DNA of 30,179 nt, from assembly GCA_937139485.1 (NCBI GenBank), contig CAKZQD010000018.1, forward strand, positions 1 through 30,179, given 5' to 3'. Made by a program: the position numbers and the translations under genes. A model generated the notes under the pieces. It was given only the letters and a program-made list of their open reading frames with translations. It made no database searches and was not told where the DNA came from. Positions 6,508 to 14,907 of this stretch are shown in pieces. The DNA is from an uncultured Bacteroidota bacterium (GTDB lineage: Bacteria > Bacteroidota > Bacteroidia > Chitinophagales > UBA8649). The first letter of the stretch is position 1. The number at the start of each line of letters is the position of its first letter.

Positions 6508-8556
6508 TCAATCTTTAGGATACTCAATTCTGATATGATAAATACTCGCAAGCATTTTTTTGAACACATCTTTACATCTTGATATTTCAGCAAAAGTAAT
6601 ATTCACGTTGTCAAATTGACCTCTGTTTTTTTGATAATCTATAATGCTATCTACCAAATTGCTCAAACTTTCGTGTGTAGGATTTTTTAAACTTCTAGAT
6701 GCCGCTTCTACACTATCTGCCATCATTAAAATAGCGTGTTCTTTTTTAAATGGCGCTGGGCCAGGATAGCAAAACATATCTTCGTCTATAACTTGGTCTG
6801 CATTTAGTTTGGCATGCATTCTATAAAAATATTCTACACGAGTGGTTCCGTGATGTGTTTTTATAAACTCTATAATTTGTAGAGGTAAACCATTTTTCTT
6901 AGCCAACTTTACACCTTCGGTTACGTGTGCTATAATTATTTTGGCACTTTCTTCATAGCTTAATTTCTCGTGAGGATTTTCTTCTGGAAACTGGTTTTCT
7001 ATAAAATATATACGATGTTCCATTTTTCCAATGTCGTGATATAAAGCACCAACTTTTACCAATAATGAATTTGCTTTTATTTCAGAAGCCGCCGCCTCAG
7101 CCAAATTGGCAACCTGAAGAGAATGCTGAAACGTACCAGGTGCTTCTAAAGACAATCTTTTTAAAAGTGGCTTGTTCAAATCTGTATATTCTACCAAAGA
7201 TATATCTGAAAGTAAACCAAATATTTTTTCAAAGAAAACAATAAGAGGATATGCTAAAAAAGTTAGAAATACATTTAATGCCAAATATGCTATTATACCA
7301 TAATTTATAGAGGTAAACGTAGCACCTTCTATTAAAGATATACCAACAAATGAAAGTAAATATGCTACAAAAATAAGTCCAATGGCTTTAAAAAACTGCG
7401 ACCAATAACGAACATTTTTATTACCATAAATAGCTACAACACCAGCAACCAATTGTATAAACAAAAAGCCAAAAACTTTTGGTACTAATAAGCCTGCCAA
7501 CAATATAATAGCCAAATGAACATAAAGAGCCGTTTCTCTTTTAAAAAACGCTCGTAGTATTATTGGTACTATAGTTAGCGGTATAATATATATGGCATTT
7601 TGACTATAATTTAAAAATATAGCAACAAGAAATAAAGAAATATTTATAAGTAAAAATATAAGCAAAAACTGCCTAAGGCGTTTAAATATATATGTTTGAT
7701 ACAAAAACAAGTAAAAAGTAAGAATAGAAATAATAATAGCAACCAACAAAAAATAACCAATATTCATGGCGTTCATTTGTTTGTTGTTGAGCACCTGTTC
7801 AGAATATTTTAATTTGTATGATTCTAGTTTTTGAAACTTAGAAGCATCTACTATTTCGCCTTTACCAATAATTTTTTCGCCTTTTTTTACTAAACCATTA
7901 GTTTTAGAAACTTCTTCAAGTTTTTTAGCTAGTAGCTTATTGTTTAGCTCTTTGTCATAAATTATATTTGGCGTAATACTTATCTTTATAATAGATTTTA
8001 GAATATTGTTCTTTTCGTCAGATCCAAAATTATTTTCATTGATAAGTTTTTTTACTTCAGCAATACTGTAAAAATTGCTACTAGGTTTTCTTGTGGCAAC
8101 ATTGTTATTTTCTACTACAACTATGTCTTCCATACTTTTTTTATCTATAAGTCCTTTACTATAAATTTTCTGTATGAATTGTTTTCCTTCTTCAAAAATA
8201 AATTTCTTTTCTATAAAACTTTCTTCTACAGAATCTAATTGAATAAAACGAGCATCAAAAAGTTTTTGATATTTAGAAAACACCAGAGAGTCGTTGTTTT
8301 GAATAATATAGTGTTTTAAATGATTGGTTCGCACTTCATTTTGCCCAGCTAAAAAATCTTCATCTGCTTTTAGAATAGCAAAATCGTAAGGAGAAAATAA
8401 TTCTTTATATTGCCAAGGTTTTCCTTTTTCAAAATCGAAACTAATAGTGTTTGTTTTTGGAATAAGCCAAAAAATAAACAAGACACTCGCAAACGCCAAA
8501 CTGAATTGCAAAAATTGTTTGGTTTTATTACCTAAGTCTTTCCAAAAACTACTCAT
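6508..8556 (-). CDS. 7TM receptor with extracellular domain and intracellular HD hydrolase domain (7TMR-HD / HDIG family, YqfF-like)
   Basis: 682 aa. N-terminal TM, large extracytoplasmic region, about 7 hydrophobic helices, and a C-terminal HD domain with LYHDIGK. No GYP motif was seen. Confidence 0.8.
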   Translation of the reverse strand: MSSFWKDLGNKTKQFLQFSLAFASVLFIFWLIPKTNTISFDFEKGKPWQYKELFSPYDFAILKADEDFLAGQNEVRTNHLKHYIIQNNDSLVFSKYQKLFDARFIQLDSVEESFIEKKFIFEEGKQFIQKIYSKGLIDKKSMEDIVVVENNNVATRKPSSNFYSIAEVKKLINENNFGSDEKNNILKSIIKISITPNIIYDKELNNKLLAKKLEEVSKTNGLVKKGEKIIGKGEIVDASKFQKLESYKLKYSEQVLNNKQMNAMNIGYFLLVAIIISILTFYLFLYQTYIFKRLRQFLLIFLLINISLFLVAIFLNYSQNAIYIIPLTIVPIILRAFFKRETALYVHLAIILLAGLLVPKVFGFLFIQLVAGVVAIYGNKNVRYWSQFFKAIGLIFVAYLLSFVGISLIEGATFTSINYGIIAYLALNVFLTFLAYPLIVFFEKIFGLLSDISLVEYTDLNKPLLKRLSLEAPGTFQHSLQVANLAEAAASEIKANSLLVKVGALYHDIGKMEHRIYFIENQFPEENPHEKLSYEESAKIIIAHVTEGVKLAKKNGLPLQIIEFIKTHHGTTRVEYFYRMHAKLNADQVIDEDMFCYPGPAPFKKEHAILMMADSVEAASRSLKNPTHESLSNLVDSIIDYQKNRGQFDNVNITFAEISRCKDVFKKMLASIYHIRIEYPKD

Positions 8557-8670
8557 AGTACTGTAAAAATTAAAAATTTCGTGCTAATTTACTTAAATTT
8601 GCGCTGCGAAAAGCACAAATGCTTGTGTTTTAGCTTTATTACTAATTTAATTTCAAAAAATAAATAAAAT

Positions 8671-9846
8671 ATGAAAGAAGTATATATCGTTTCTGCAGTA
8701 AGAACACCTATAGGAAGTTTTATGGGAAGTTTATCAACTGTTTCTGCATCAAAACTAGGAGCAGCAGCTATTAAAGGAGCTTTAGCAAAAGCTGGCTTAG
8801 ACACTAAGCACGTAGATGAAGTATTTATGGGAAATGTACTTAGTGCAAATGTAGGACAAGCACCAGCTAGGCAAGCTGCTATTTTTGCAGGCATTAGCGA
8901 TAAAACACCTTGTACTACCGTAAATAAAGTATGTGCTTCTGGTATGAAATCTATTTCTTTGGGCGCACAGTCTATTATAGCTGGCGACAATGAGTGTGTT
9001 GTAGTAGGCGGAATGGAAAATATGTCTTTAGTGCCACACTACGTAAATGGAAGAAAAGCCGTAAAACTTGGAGACATTAAAATGGTAGACGGTATGATGA
9101 AAGACGGTCTTACAGATGTTTACAACAAAGTGCACATGGGGGTGTGTGCAGAAAAATGTGCAACAGAAAACAATATTACAAGAGAAGATCAAGATGCTTT
9201 TGCTATAGAATCTTACAACAGATCTGCTAAGGCTTGGACAGAAGGCAAATTTGCAGAAGAAGTAGTGCCTGTAGAAGTTCCACAAAGAAGAGGCGATGCT
9301 ATAATAGTAGACCATGACGAAGAATACACAAATGTAAAAATGGAAAAAATTCCAACATTGCGTCCAGTATTTGACAAAGAAGGAACCGTAACAGCAGCAA
9401 ACGCTTCTACACTAAATGATGGTGCTTCTGCACTTATTTTAATGAGTAAAGAAAAAATGGATGAGCTTGGTTTAAAAGCAATAGCTAAAATAGTAAGCTA
9501 CGCAGATGCTGCACACGAACCAGAATGGTTTACAACAGCACCTACACCAGCGGTAAACAAGGCCTTGAAAAAAGCAAACTTAACAACAGCAGATATTGAT
9601 TTTTGGGAACTGAATGAAGCATTTGCAGTTGTTGGAATTGCAAATACTAAAAAACTAGGTTTAGACCCAGCAAAAGTAGATGTTAACGGTGGAGCAGTTT
9701 CTTTAGGACATCCACTAGGAAACTCTGGTTCTAGAATTATAGTTACGCTTCTAAACGTTTTAAAGCAAAACGGTGGTAAAAGAGGCGCAGCAGGAATTTG
9801 TAATGGTGGCGGAGGTGCTTCTGCTATGGTTGTAGAGTTGGTTTAA
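8671..9846 (+). CDS. acetyl-CoA C-acetyltransferase (thiolase II)
   Basis: 391 aa. MKEVYIVSAVRTPIGSF, active-site region NKVCASGMKS, and C-terminal GICNGGGGASAMVVEL are all typical of biosynthetic thiolases. Confidence 0.9.
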   Translation: MKEVYIVSAVRTPIGSFMGSLSTVSASKLGAAAIKGALAKAGLDTKHVDEVFMGNVLSANVGQAPARQAAIFAGISDKTPCTTVNKVCASGMKSISLGAQSIIAGDNECVVVGGMENMSLVPHYVNGRKAVKLGDIKMVDGMMKDGLTDVYNKVHMGVCAEKCATENNITREDQDAFAIESYNRSAKAWTEGKFAEEVVPVEVPQRRGDAIIVDHDEEYTNVKMEKIPTLRPVFDKEGTVTAANASTLNDGASALILMSKEKMDELGLKAIAKIVSYADAAHEPEWFTTAPTPAVNKALKKANLTTADIDFWELNEAFAVVGIANTKKLGLDPAKVDVNGGAVSLGHPLGNSGSRIIVTLLNVLKQNGGKRGAAGICNGGGGASAMVVELV

Positions 9847-9872
9847 AATAAAATTTCAATATAATATTTTTA

Positions 9873-9903
9873 AAAAGACCAGTTAAATAGCTGGTCTTTT
9901 TTT
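9873..9903 (+). terminator. Rho-independent terminator after the thiolase gene
   Basis: aaaagaccag, ttaaatag, ctggtctttt hairpin followed by a T-run. Confidence 0.7.
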
Positions 9904-10033
9904 ATAGAAGCGTATAGATTTACTTTAAGAATAGGAAACAACAATATAAAAAGGTTAAAGTTAGTTATATTAAATAATGAGAAACACAAATTATTTTTAT
10001 AAGTAAAATAGTATTTTTACAAAAAATTACTCA

Positions 10034-10957
10034 ATGAAAAACTTACTATTTTTACTTGTTATAGTGTTTTTTGGGTGTCAAAAGTATGAATCTGAAGTGC
10101 TTTTAACACAAGAACAGTACGACATATTGAATGAAAAAACTGATGGCGTAGTAGTTTACTTACACAAAAATCAAGTTTATAAAGTTAACGATTTAGGTCA
10201 AAATGAATCTGTAATTCCTAATACTCAAGGTGCAAGAACTGATATTTCTTTAAATTTTACTAAAAATAAAATAGCCTATTTCAACCAATATAACGAAATA
10301 GTTGTTGTAAATATAGATGGTAGCAATAAAGAAATACTATCACAGTACAATGCTATACATTTTGAGTGGTCTAAAAAAGAAGATGTACTTTTTATTTTAG
10401 AAACCAACAAGGATAAGTTAAGTTCTTATGGCACACCAAGCAATTTTACTTCACCAATTTTTGCTGCTAATATTAATGTTTTGAATTTTTGTGTTTCGCC
10501 AAATTATTTGGTAGCTTATTCTGCTATTGTATCACATTCGCCGTATTCTGATTTGCTTTATGTTAAAGATGGAGACGACACAAAATACTTAGAGTCTTTT
10601 AATTCTGGCCCACCACTTTATAATTCAACGCCAACTAAGTTTAGCACTATTGAATTTACTTCTGATGAAAAACTATATGGAGCCTACATCAAAGATGCTT
10701 ACTATTTATATTCATTTCAGTTTGACCCTATTTCACAAAACCTAAGCGATAACGATAATAATGAGGGTTTTAATGAACAATGGACTTTTGATGTAAGAGA
10801 TGATTTAAATGACGTTTTAAAAAATACTTTTCTTTATGATGAAAACATAGGCTCAGAAAGCTTTAATATTTATAGATATAGACAAAATAAAGAAATAAGA
10901 AAAATAACTGAATTTGCTAATCTTAACAAGCCAATTATTTTTGATTGGAAAAAGTAA
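10034..10957 (+). CDS. hypothetical lipoprotein
   Basis: 307 aa. Lipoprotein signal MKNLLFLLVIVFFGCQ. N- and Y-rich, probably beta-rich. No motif I can assign. Confidence 0.5.
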   Translation: MKNLLFLLVIVFFGCQKYESEVLLTQEQYDILNEKTDGVVVYLHKNQVYKVNDLGQNESVIPNTQGARTDISLNFTKNKIAYFNQYNEIVVVNIDGSNKEILSQYNAIHFEWSKKEDVLFILETNKDKLSSYGTPSNFTSPIFAANINVLNFCVSPNYLVAYSAIVSHSPYSDLLYVKDGDDTKYLESFNSGPPLYNSTPTKFSTIEFTSDEKLYGAYIKDAYYLYSFQFDPISQNLSDNDNNEGFNEQWTFDVRDDLNDVLKNTFLYDENIGSESFNIYRYRQNKEIRKITEFANLNKPIIFDWKK

Positions 10958-10969
10958 GGCAATTCACCT

Positions 10970-11344
10970 TTGGCTCGTCTAAAAAATAAACAAAACAAAA
11001 TGAACAAAATAAAATCTTGGAAAACACTTGATTCAATAAATCAATTGGAAGAAATAAAAGAGACTTCAAATACTAAAACGCAGATACTTTTTAAGCATAG
11101 CGTAACTTGTGGCATTTCAGGTCACGCTGAGTTTAAACTAGAATCTGACTGGAATTTTGAAAACGAAAACTTTGATTTTTATTATTTAGATTTGCTCGCA
11201 AACAGAGCCGTTTCTAATGAAATAGCAAGTATGTTTCAAGTAACACACCAATCGCCACAAATATTAATTATTAAAAACGGTAAAGCTACAGCACATTTTT
11301 CTCATCAAGCTATAAGTGTAGATAGAATAAAACAAGCTTTGTAA
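10970..11344 (+). CDS. small thioredoxin-fold protein, YtxJ/DUF2847-like (bacillithiol-system type, TCxxS motif); the start may be the ATG at 11000
   Basis: About 115-124 aa. It contains HSVTCGIS, resembling the TCPIS motif of YtxJ-type monothiol proteins. The family assignment is from memory and was not searched. Confidence 0.5.
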   Translation: MARLKNKQNKMNKIKSWKTLDSINQLEEIKETSNTKTQILFKHSVTCGISGHAEFKLESDWNFENENFDFYYLDLLANRAVSNEIASMFQVTHQSPQILIIKNGKATAHFSHQAISVDRIKQAL

Positions 11345-11362
11345 GACAGTCTTATTGTTATA

Positions 11363-12940
11363 TTAGTTTTTAAAAGTTATAGTTATATACCTTAGTTTTC
11401 CTCTATTTGTTGTTTTATAAAATTGATGAATTAATTTGCCGTTAAATACAATCAAACCCGTTTTTTCTAGGTTTGGCTTTGCTGCTAAGTTGTTATTAAC
11501 AACTAAATTTATATTTTCTTTGCTTAAAAGCTGTTTTTGAGAACCAGGAAAAAGTTTTAAACCACCAAACTTATCTTCAAAAGGAGATAAGCAAATAATG
11601 ATATTTATATTGTCTTGTTTTTGTTCGAAAGGCTTCGAAAAAGACTCTAAAGTTTCAACATAAGTCGCCTTTTCAATTTCAAACTTTTTATTCAAACTTT
11701 TTACTATTTTGGTAAATAATTCACAAAATATGAGCTCTTCTATTCTTGGATGAATAGACAATAAATTTTCTATTACAATTTGCTTTTCTTGAACTAAGTT
11801 ATGCTCTTTTTTATGTATTTGAATTAGTGCTTCTAGTTTTCCAATGTTTCGTTTTGGAAAAACTTGATTGTAAATATTATAGCCTTTATATTCATATTTT
11901 TTAAACTTGTTTTTAAGATTTTCTTCACTTATTTCCAAGTTATATAAATCTAAAGCACCTTCTATTCTACTTAAAATATTTTTTCTAAGCCTTTCTGGTT
12001 GCAGTACTTTAAGACCATCGCCAAAACCAAGCAGTTTTTTTTCTAACTCAAAATTATGTTGTACATGCATAGAAAAAGTATAGCCAAAATGATTTTTTTC
12101 TATGGTTTTTTGAGATTTATGCAGCGGTTTGGTTTCTACATAAGGTGCGTGCAAATGGTTTACAAAAAACACAACTTCCTCTACTTTTAAACCCGGACTC
12201 ACCGAAACACCAATAGCGTTTTCGTAATAAGTTTTGGCGTTAAAATTCTTATTTTCTTTAAATTCAGTAGCAGACATCTTTAAACTAATAATTCTATCTA
12301 TTGCTAAATTCATTATGGCATCGCCTTTATTTTTTCTTCCTATTAAAAACCAACGATTGTTAAATTCTTTGAGCAAATAAGCGTGAAATATAAAAGAGGC
12401 CGCTTTTCTAGCCTTAAAAGATTGGTAAGAAACTTCAATCGCTTTTTTTTGTATAATACTTTGATATAAAAAGTCTAAATGTTGAAGCCCTTTGAGGTTT
12501 TCATTTTTTTCAAAATCTATAACAGGTTCTGTATGTGTCTTTTGCGAATAAATTTGATCTTCCAGTTTCTGAACCATTCCGCTCAAATCATCAAAATGAG
12601 AAAAACCTTGAAACTGCTTTAAAAAAGCAACAGCTTCGCCTAGTTTATTCAAGTCTTGGTCAGAAAGAGGAATGTTGGTTATAGAATATTCAGCATCTTC
12701 ATAAGTATAATACTTTCTTTCTAAAACAATAATCGGTGCATTATAACCCAACTTATTACTCCGCATCATTTGAATATCTGCTTGTACAGTTCGTTTACTT
12801 ACGCCATCAATTCCTTCAAACTCATACAAAGCATCGCTACAAGCATCTATTAAATCTTCAAGCGTCCATTTTCTAAACCTGTTTTGTAGGCAGTTGTCTA
12901 TGGTTTTGTATCGGATGAGGGCGTTTTTATTTATTGCCAT
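11363..12940 (-). CDS. WYL-domain transcriptional regulator (N-terminal HTH, WYL, WCX-like region) with an additional ~180-aa C-terminal domain of unknown function
   Basis: 525 aa. N-terminus MAINKNALIRYKTIDNCLQNRFRKWTLEDL is typical of Bacteroidota WYL regulators. WYL signature AIEVSYQSF...FIFHAYLLKEFNNRWFLIGR...LAIDRIISL. The C-terminal part ...FGGLKLFPGS...GLIVFNGKLIHQF...GKLRYITITF is beta-strand rich. Confidence 0.7.
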   Translation of the reverse strand: MAINKNALIRYKTIDNCLQNRFRKWTLEDLIDACSDALYEFEGIDGVSKRTVQADIQMMRSNKLGYNAPIIVLERKYYTYEDAEYSITNIPLSDQDLNKLGEAVAFLKQFQGFSHFDDLSGMVQKLEDQIYSQKTHTEPVIDFEKNENLKGLQHLDFLYQSIIQKKAIEVSYQSFKARKAASFIFHAYLLKEFNNRWFLIGRKNKGDAIMNLAIDRIISLKMSATEFKENKNFNAKTYYENAIGVSVSPGLKVEEVVFFVNHLHAPYVETKPLHKSQKTIEKNHFGYTFSMHVQHNFELEKKLLGFGDGLKVLQPERLRKNILSRIEGALDLYNLEISEENLKNKFKKYEYKGYNIYNQVFPKRNIGKLEALIQIHKKEHNLVQEKQIVIENLLSIHPRIEELIFCELFTKIVKSLNKKFEIEKATYVETLESFSKPFEQKQDNINIIICLSPFEDKFGGLKLFPGSQKQLLSKENINLVVNNNLAAKPNLEKTGLIVFNGKLIHQFYKTTNRGKLRYITITFKN

Positions 12941-13177
12941 TTTGAAATTTTTCTATAAAAATAACATTTATTTTTTACTACGCAAAAACACTGCGCACCA
13001 CCAAAACTATATTTGCATTATCAATATGAAAACGTTGATGATAGTTCATTAAAAAATACATCGATAAGATGTCAAGATACGTTTCGAGAGAAACAAAAAT
13101 GCTCTAAAAAATATAAGGTGTTTCTGTATAGCACCACTTTATTTTCAGAAATTCTGAAAAATATGATGATATTTTTT

Positions 13178-13330
13178 ATTCGGCACACGAATGTGTTGTA
13201 GGTTCGATTCCTACCTCTTTTTACGAAGAGTAACTCAATTGGTAGAGTAATTCCCAGACTAGAATCGTCTATAAATGTTCGCTACACTATCACTGTAGAA
13301 TGCAAAACTCAAAATTTTGCCTTGGAGAAG
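13178..13330 (+). other. tRNA-like fragments in permuted order, not an intact tRNA. T-arm gtagg-ttcgatt-cctac at 13198-13214; then ctctt/aagag helix; then canonical D-arm ta-actc-aattggta-gagt at 13231-13248; then an anticodon-arm-like ctaca-ctatcac-tgtag at 13282-13298
   Basis: Canonical GGTTCGATTCC T-loop and U8-A9 / A14 / GG18-19 / A21 D-loop features were read on the plus strand. The order is 3-prime half before 5-prime half, and no cloverleaf can be completed. See findings. Confidence 0.3.
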
Positions 13331-13719
13331 TTATAGTCGTCTTCTTTAAAAAATCGACTAGCATTGAAGAAACAGTATCTATTTAATTGGTTTTTTTGCT
13401 AAAGTTTCGACTTTGCTTTAAAACAATCGGTTTAGTGCCAGAAAATTTATCTGCAAACTTTTAAGTTTTACAATAATTTGGTTTAAAAACAAGTCTTTAA
13501 GCTTTTGCTTTTAGGTCTTTTTTGCAAATTGAATTTGAATAAAATAACAAAGCAAGCACATTTATTTTCCGCACTAAAAAGGTAATTGAATGCTACTGTT
13601 TCTTTTTAAAAAGATAAACGCGTCATTCCTACGCAGACAGGAATCTCTAATATCGAAGAAGAGATTTCTTTCAACAAAGAATTGACGGAATAATATAAAA
13701 ATTAAAAAACAAAGAAATT

Positions 13720-14820
13720 ATGAAAAGAATAAATATTAAAGAAGGTTATGTTGGATTAGTTTACAACAAAGGAAACTTCAAGGAGGTTTTAAGCAAAGGA
13801 AATTATTGGATAAACCCATTTAACGAAGTGTTTATCTATAACAAAATGAAAGAATTTACTTCAAATACAGATTTAAATATTTTGTTGCAAAATGAAAAGT
13901 TAGCTTCTATGCTTGAAATAGTAAAAGTAGCCGATTATGAAATTGTATTAAAATTTAAAGACAAAAATTTTGAGCAAATTTTAACTGCAGGAAAATATGT
14001 TTTCTGGAAAAATACTGCGAACTATAGTTTCAAAGCTATAGATTTAAGAAATACAGAAATTACTGAAGATATAGATATTGGTTTTTTGAAAAACGCTGCA
14101 ATGTATCCTTATGTAATTATGGCAAAAGTAGAAGCCAACGAAAAAGCTTTAATGATGCTTGATGGAAAATTTGATAGAATGTTAAGCGCAGGTACTTATT
14201 ATTTTTGGAAGAAAGCTAAAGCCATTACTTTGCAAAGGGTAGATATGAGAATTAAATCTTTAGAAATAGCTGGTCAAGAAATTTTGACTAAAGATAAAGC
14301 TAATTTAAGATTGACTTTTATGGCGCAGTACAAGGTAATAGATGCCAAAAAAGCCATTATGGAAAACAGCGACTATGAAAAACAATTGTACTCATTGTTG
14401 CAATTGGCAATACGTGAATTTGTAGGTACTTTGAGTTTAGACGAATTGTTGGAAAACAAAGAAGCCTTGACAAAATACGTTCAAAACACCGTAAGAGCCA
14501 AAGCACAAAAAATGGGTCTTGAATTAATAGATAGCGGTGTGAGAGATATTATATTGCCAGGCGATATGAAAGAAATTATCAATCAAGTATTGATAGCTCA
14601 GAAAAAAGCACAAGCCAATATGATAAGCAGACGTGAAGAAACTGCTGCTACAAGAAGTTTGCTAAACACAGCCAAATTAATGGAAGAAAATGCGATGCTT
14701 TTCAAATTGAAAGAAATGGAATACATTGAAAAAATTGCTGACAGAATTGGAGAAATTACAGTAAACGGAAGTGGAAATGTAGTAAAACAATTGAATGATA
14801 TTTTTGCCATAAAAAAGTAA
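13720..14820 (+). CDS. SPFH / band-7 (stomatin-HflK/C-like) domain protein with an extended, internally triplicated N-terminal region
   Basis: 366 aa. The C-terminal half aligns by eye with HflK/stomatin: QEILTKDKANLRL...TLSLDELLENKEAL...GLELIDSGVRDIILPGDMKEI...QKKAQANMISRREETAAT. The N-terminal has three similar segments: KGNYWINPF, TAGKYVFWKN and SAGTYYFWKK. Confidence 0.75.
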   Translation: MKRINIKEGYVGLVYNKGNFKEVLSKGNYWINPFNEVFIYNKMKEFTSNTDLNILLQNEKLASMLEIVKVADYEIVLKFKDKNFEQILTAGKYVFWKNTANYSFKAIDLRNTEITEDIDIGFLKNAAMYPYVIMAKVEANEKALMMLDGKFDRMLSAGTYYFWKKAKAITLQRVDMRIKSLEIAGQEILTKDKANLRLTFMAQYKVIDAKKAIMENSDYEKQLYSLLQLAIREFVGTLSLDELLENKEALTKYVQNTVRAKAQKMGLELIDSGVRDIILPGDMKEIINQVLIAQKKAQANMISRREETAATRSLLNTAKLMEENAMLFKLKEMEYIEKIADRIGEITVNGSGNVVKQLNDIFAIKK

Positions 14821-14853
14821 TTTTATACTTTCAGAATTTATATTTTAAAGTAA

Positions 14854-14886
14854 AAAAGCCACAACAAATATTTTGTTGTGGCTTTT
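14854..14886. terminator. Bidirectional rho-independent terminator between the convergent SPFH gene and rny
   Basis: aaaagccacaacaaa, tat, tttgttgtggctttt: a 15-bp stem flanked by an A-run and a T-run. Confidence 0.75.
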
Positions 14887-14907
14887 GATTTTTTATGAAA
14901 CTATATA

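Noticed and set aside
6508-8556. Interpreting the 7TM-HD protein as an HD-GYP c-di-GMP phosphodiesterase linked to the peptide locus
   Set aside because: The HD motif is present but no GYP signature was seen. This 7TMR-HD (YqfF-like) family is a widespread housekeeping-neighbourhood gene. There is no evidence tying it to the adjacent peptide and kinase genes beyond proximity.
8589-9315. Minus-strand ORFs 8589..8990 and 9028..9315 overlapping the thiolase gene
   Set aside because: They are antisense to a highly conserved thiolase, and no motif is recognisable.
13013-13201. 62-aa ORF in the WYL / SPFH intergenic region
   Set aside because: It has no recognisable features, and it ends inside the tRNA-like T-arm. 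The region looks like decayed or structured non-coding sequence.
13178-13330. Calling an intact tRNA gene (either strand)
   Set aside because: Although the T-arm and D-arm are near-canonical on the plus strand, they occur in the wrong order. The acceptor strands do not pair (ctctttt versus cgaagag). The helix following the D-arm has an 8-nt loop lacking U33. No CCA or discriminator context fits. Reported only as fragments.
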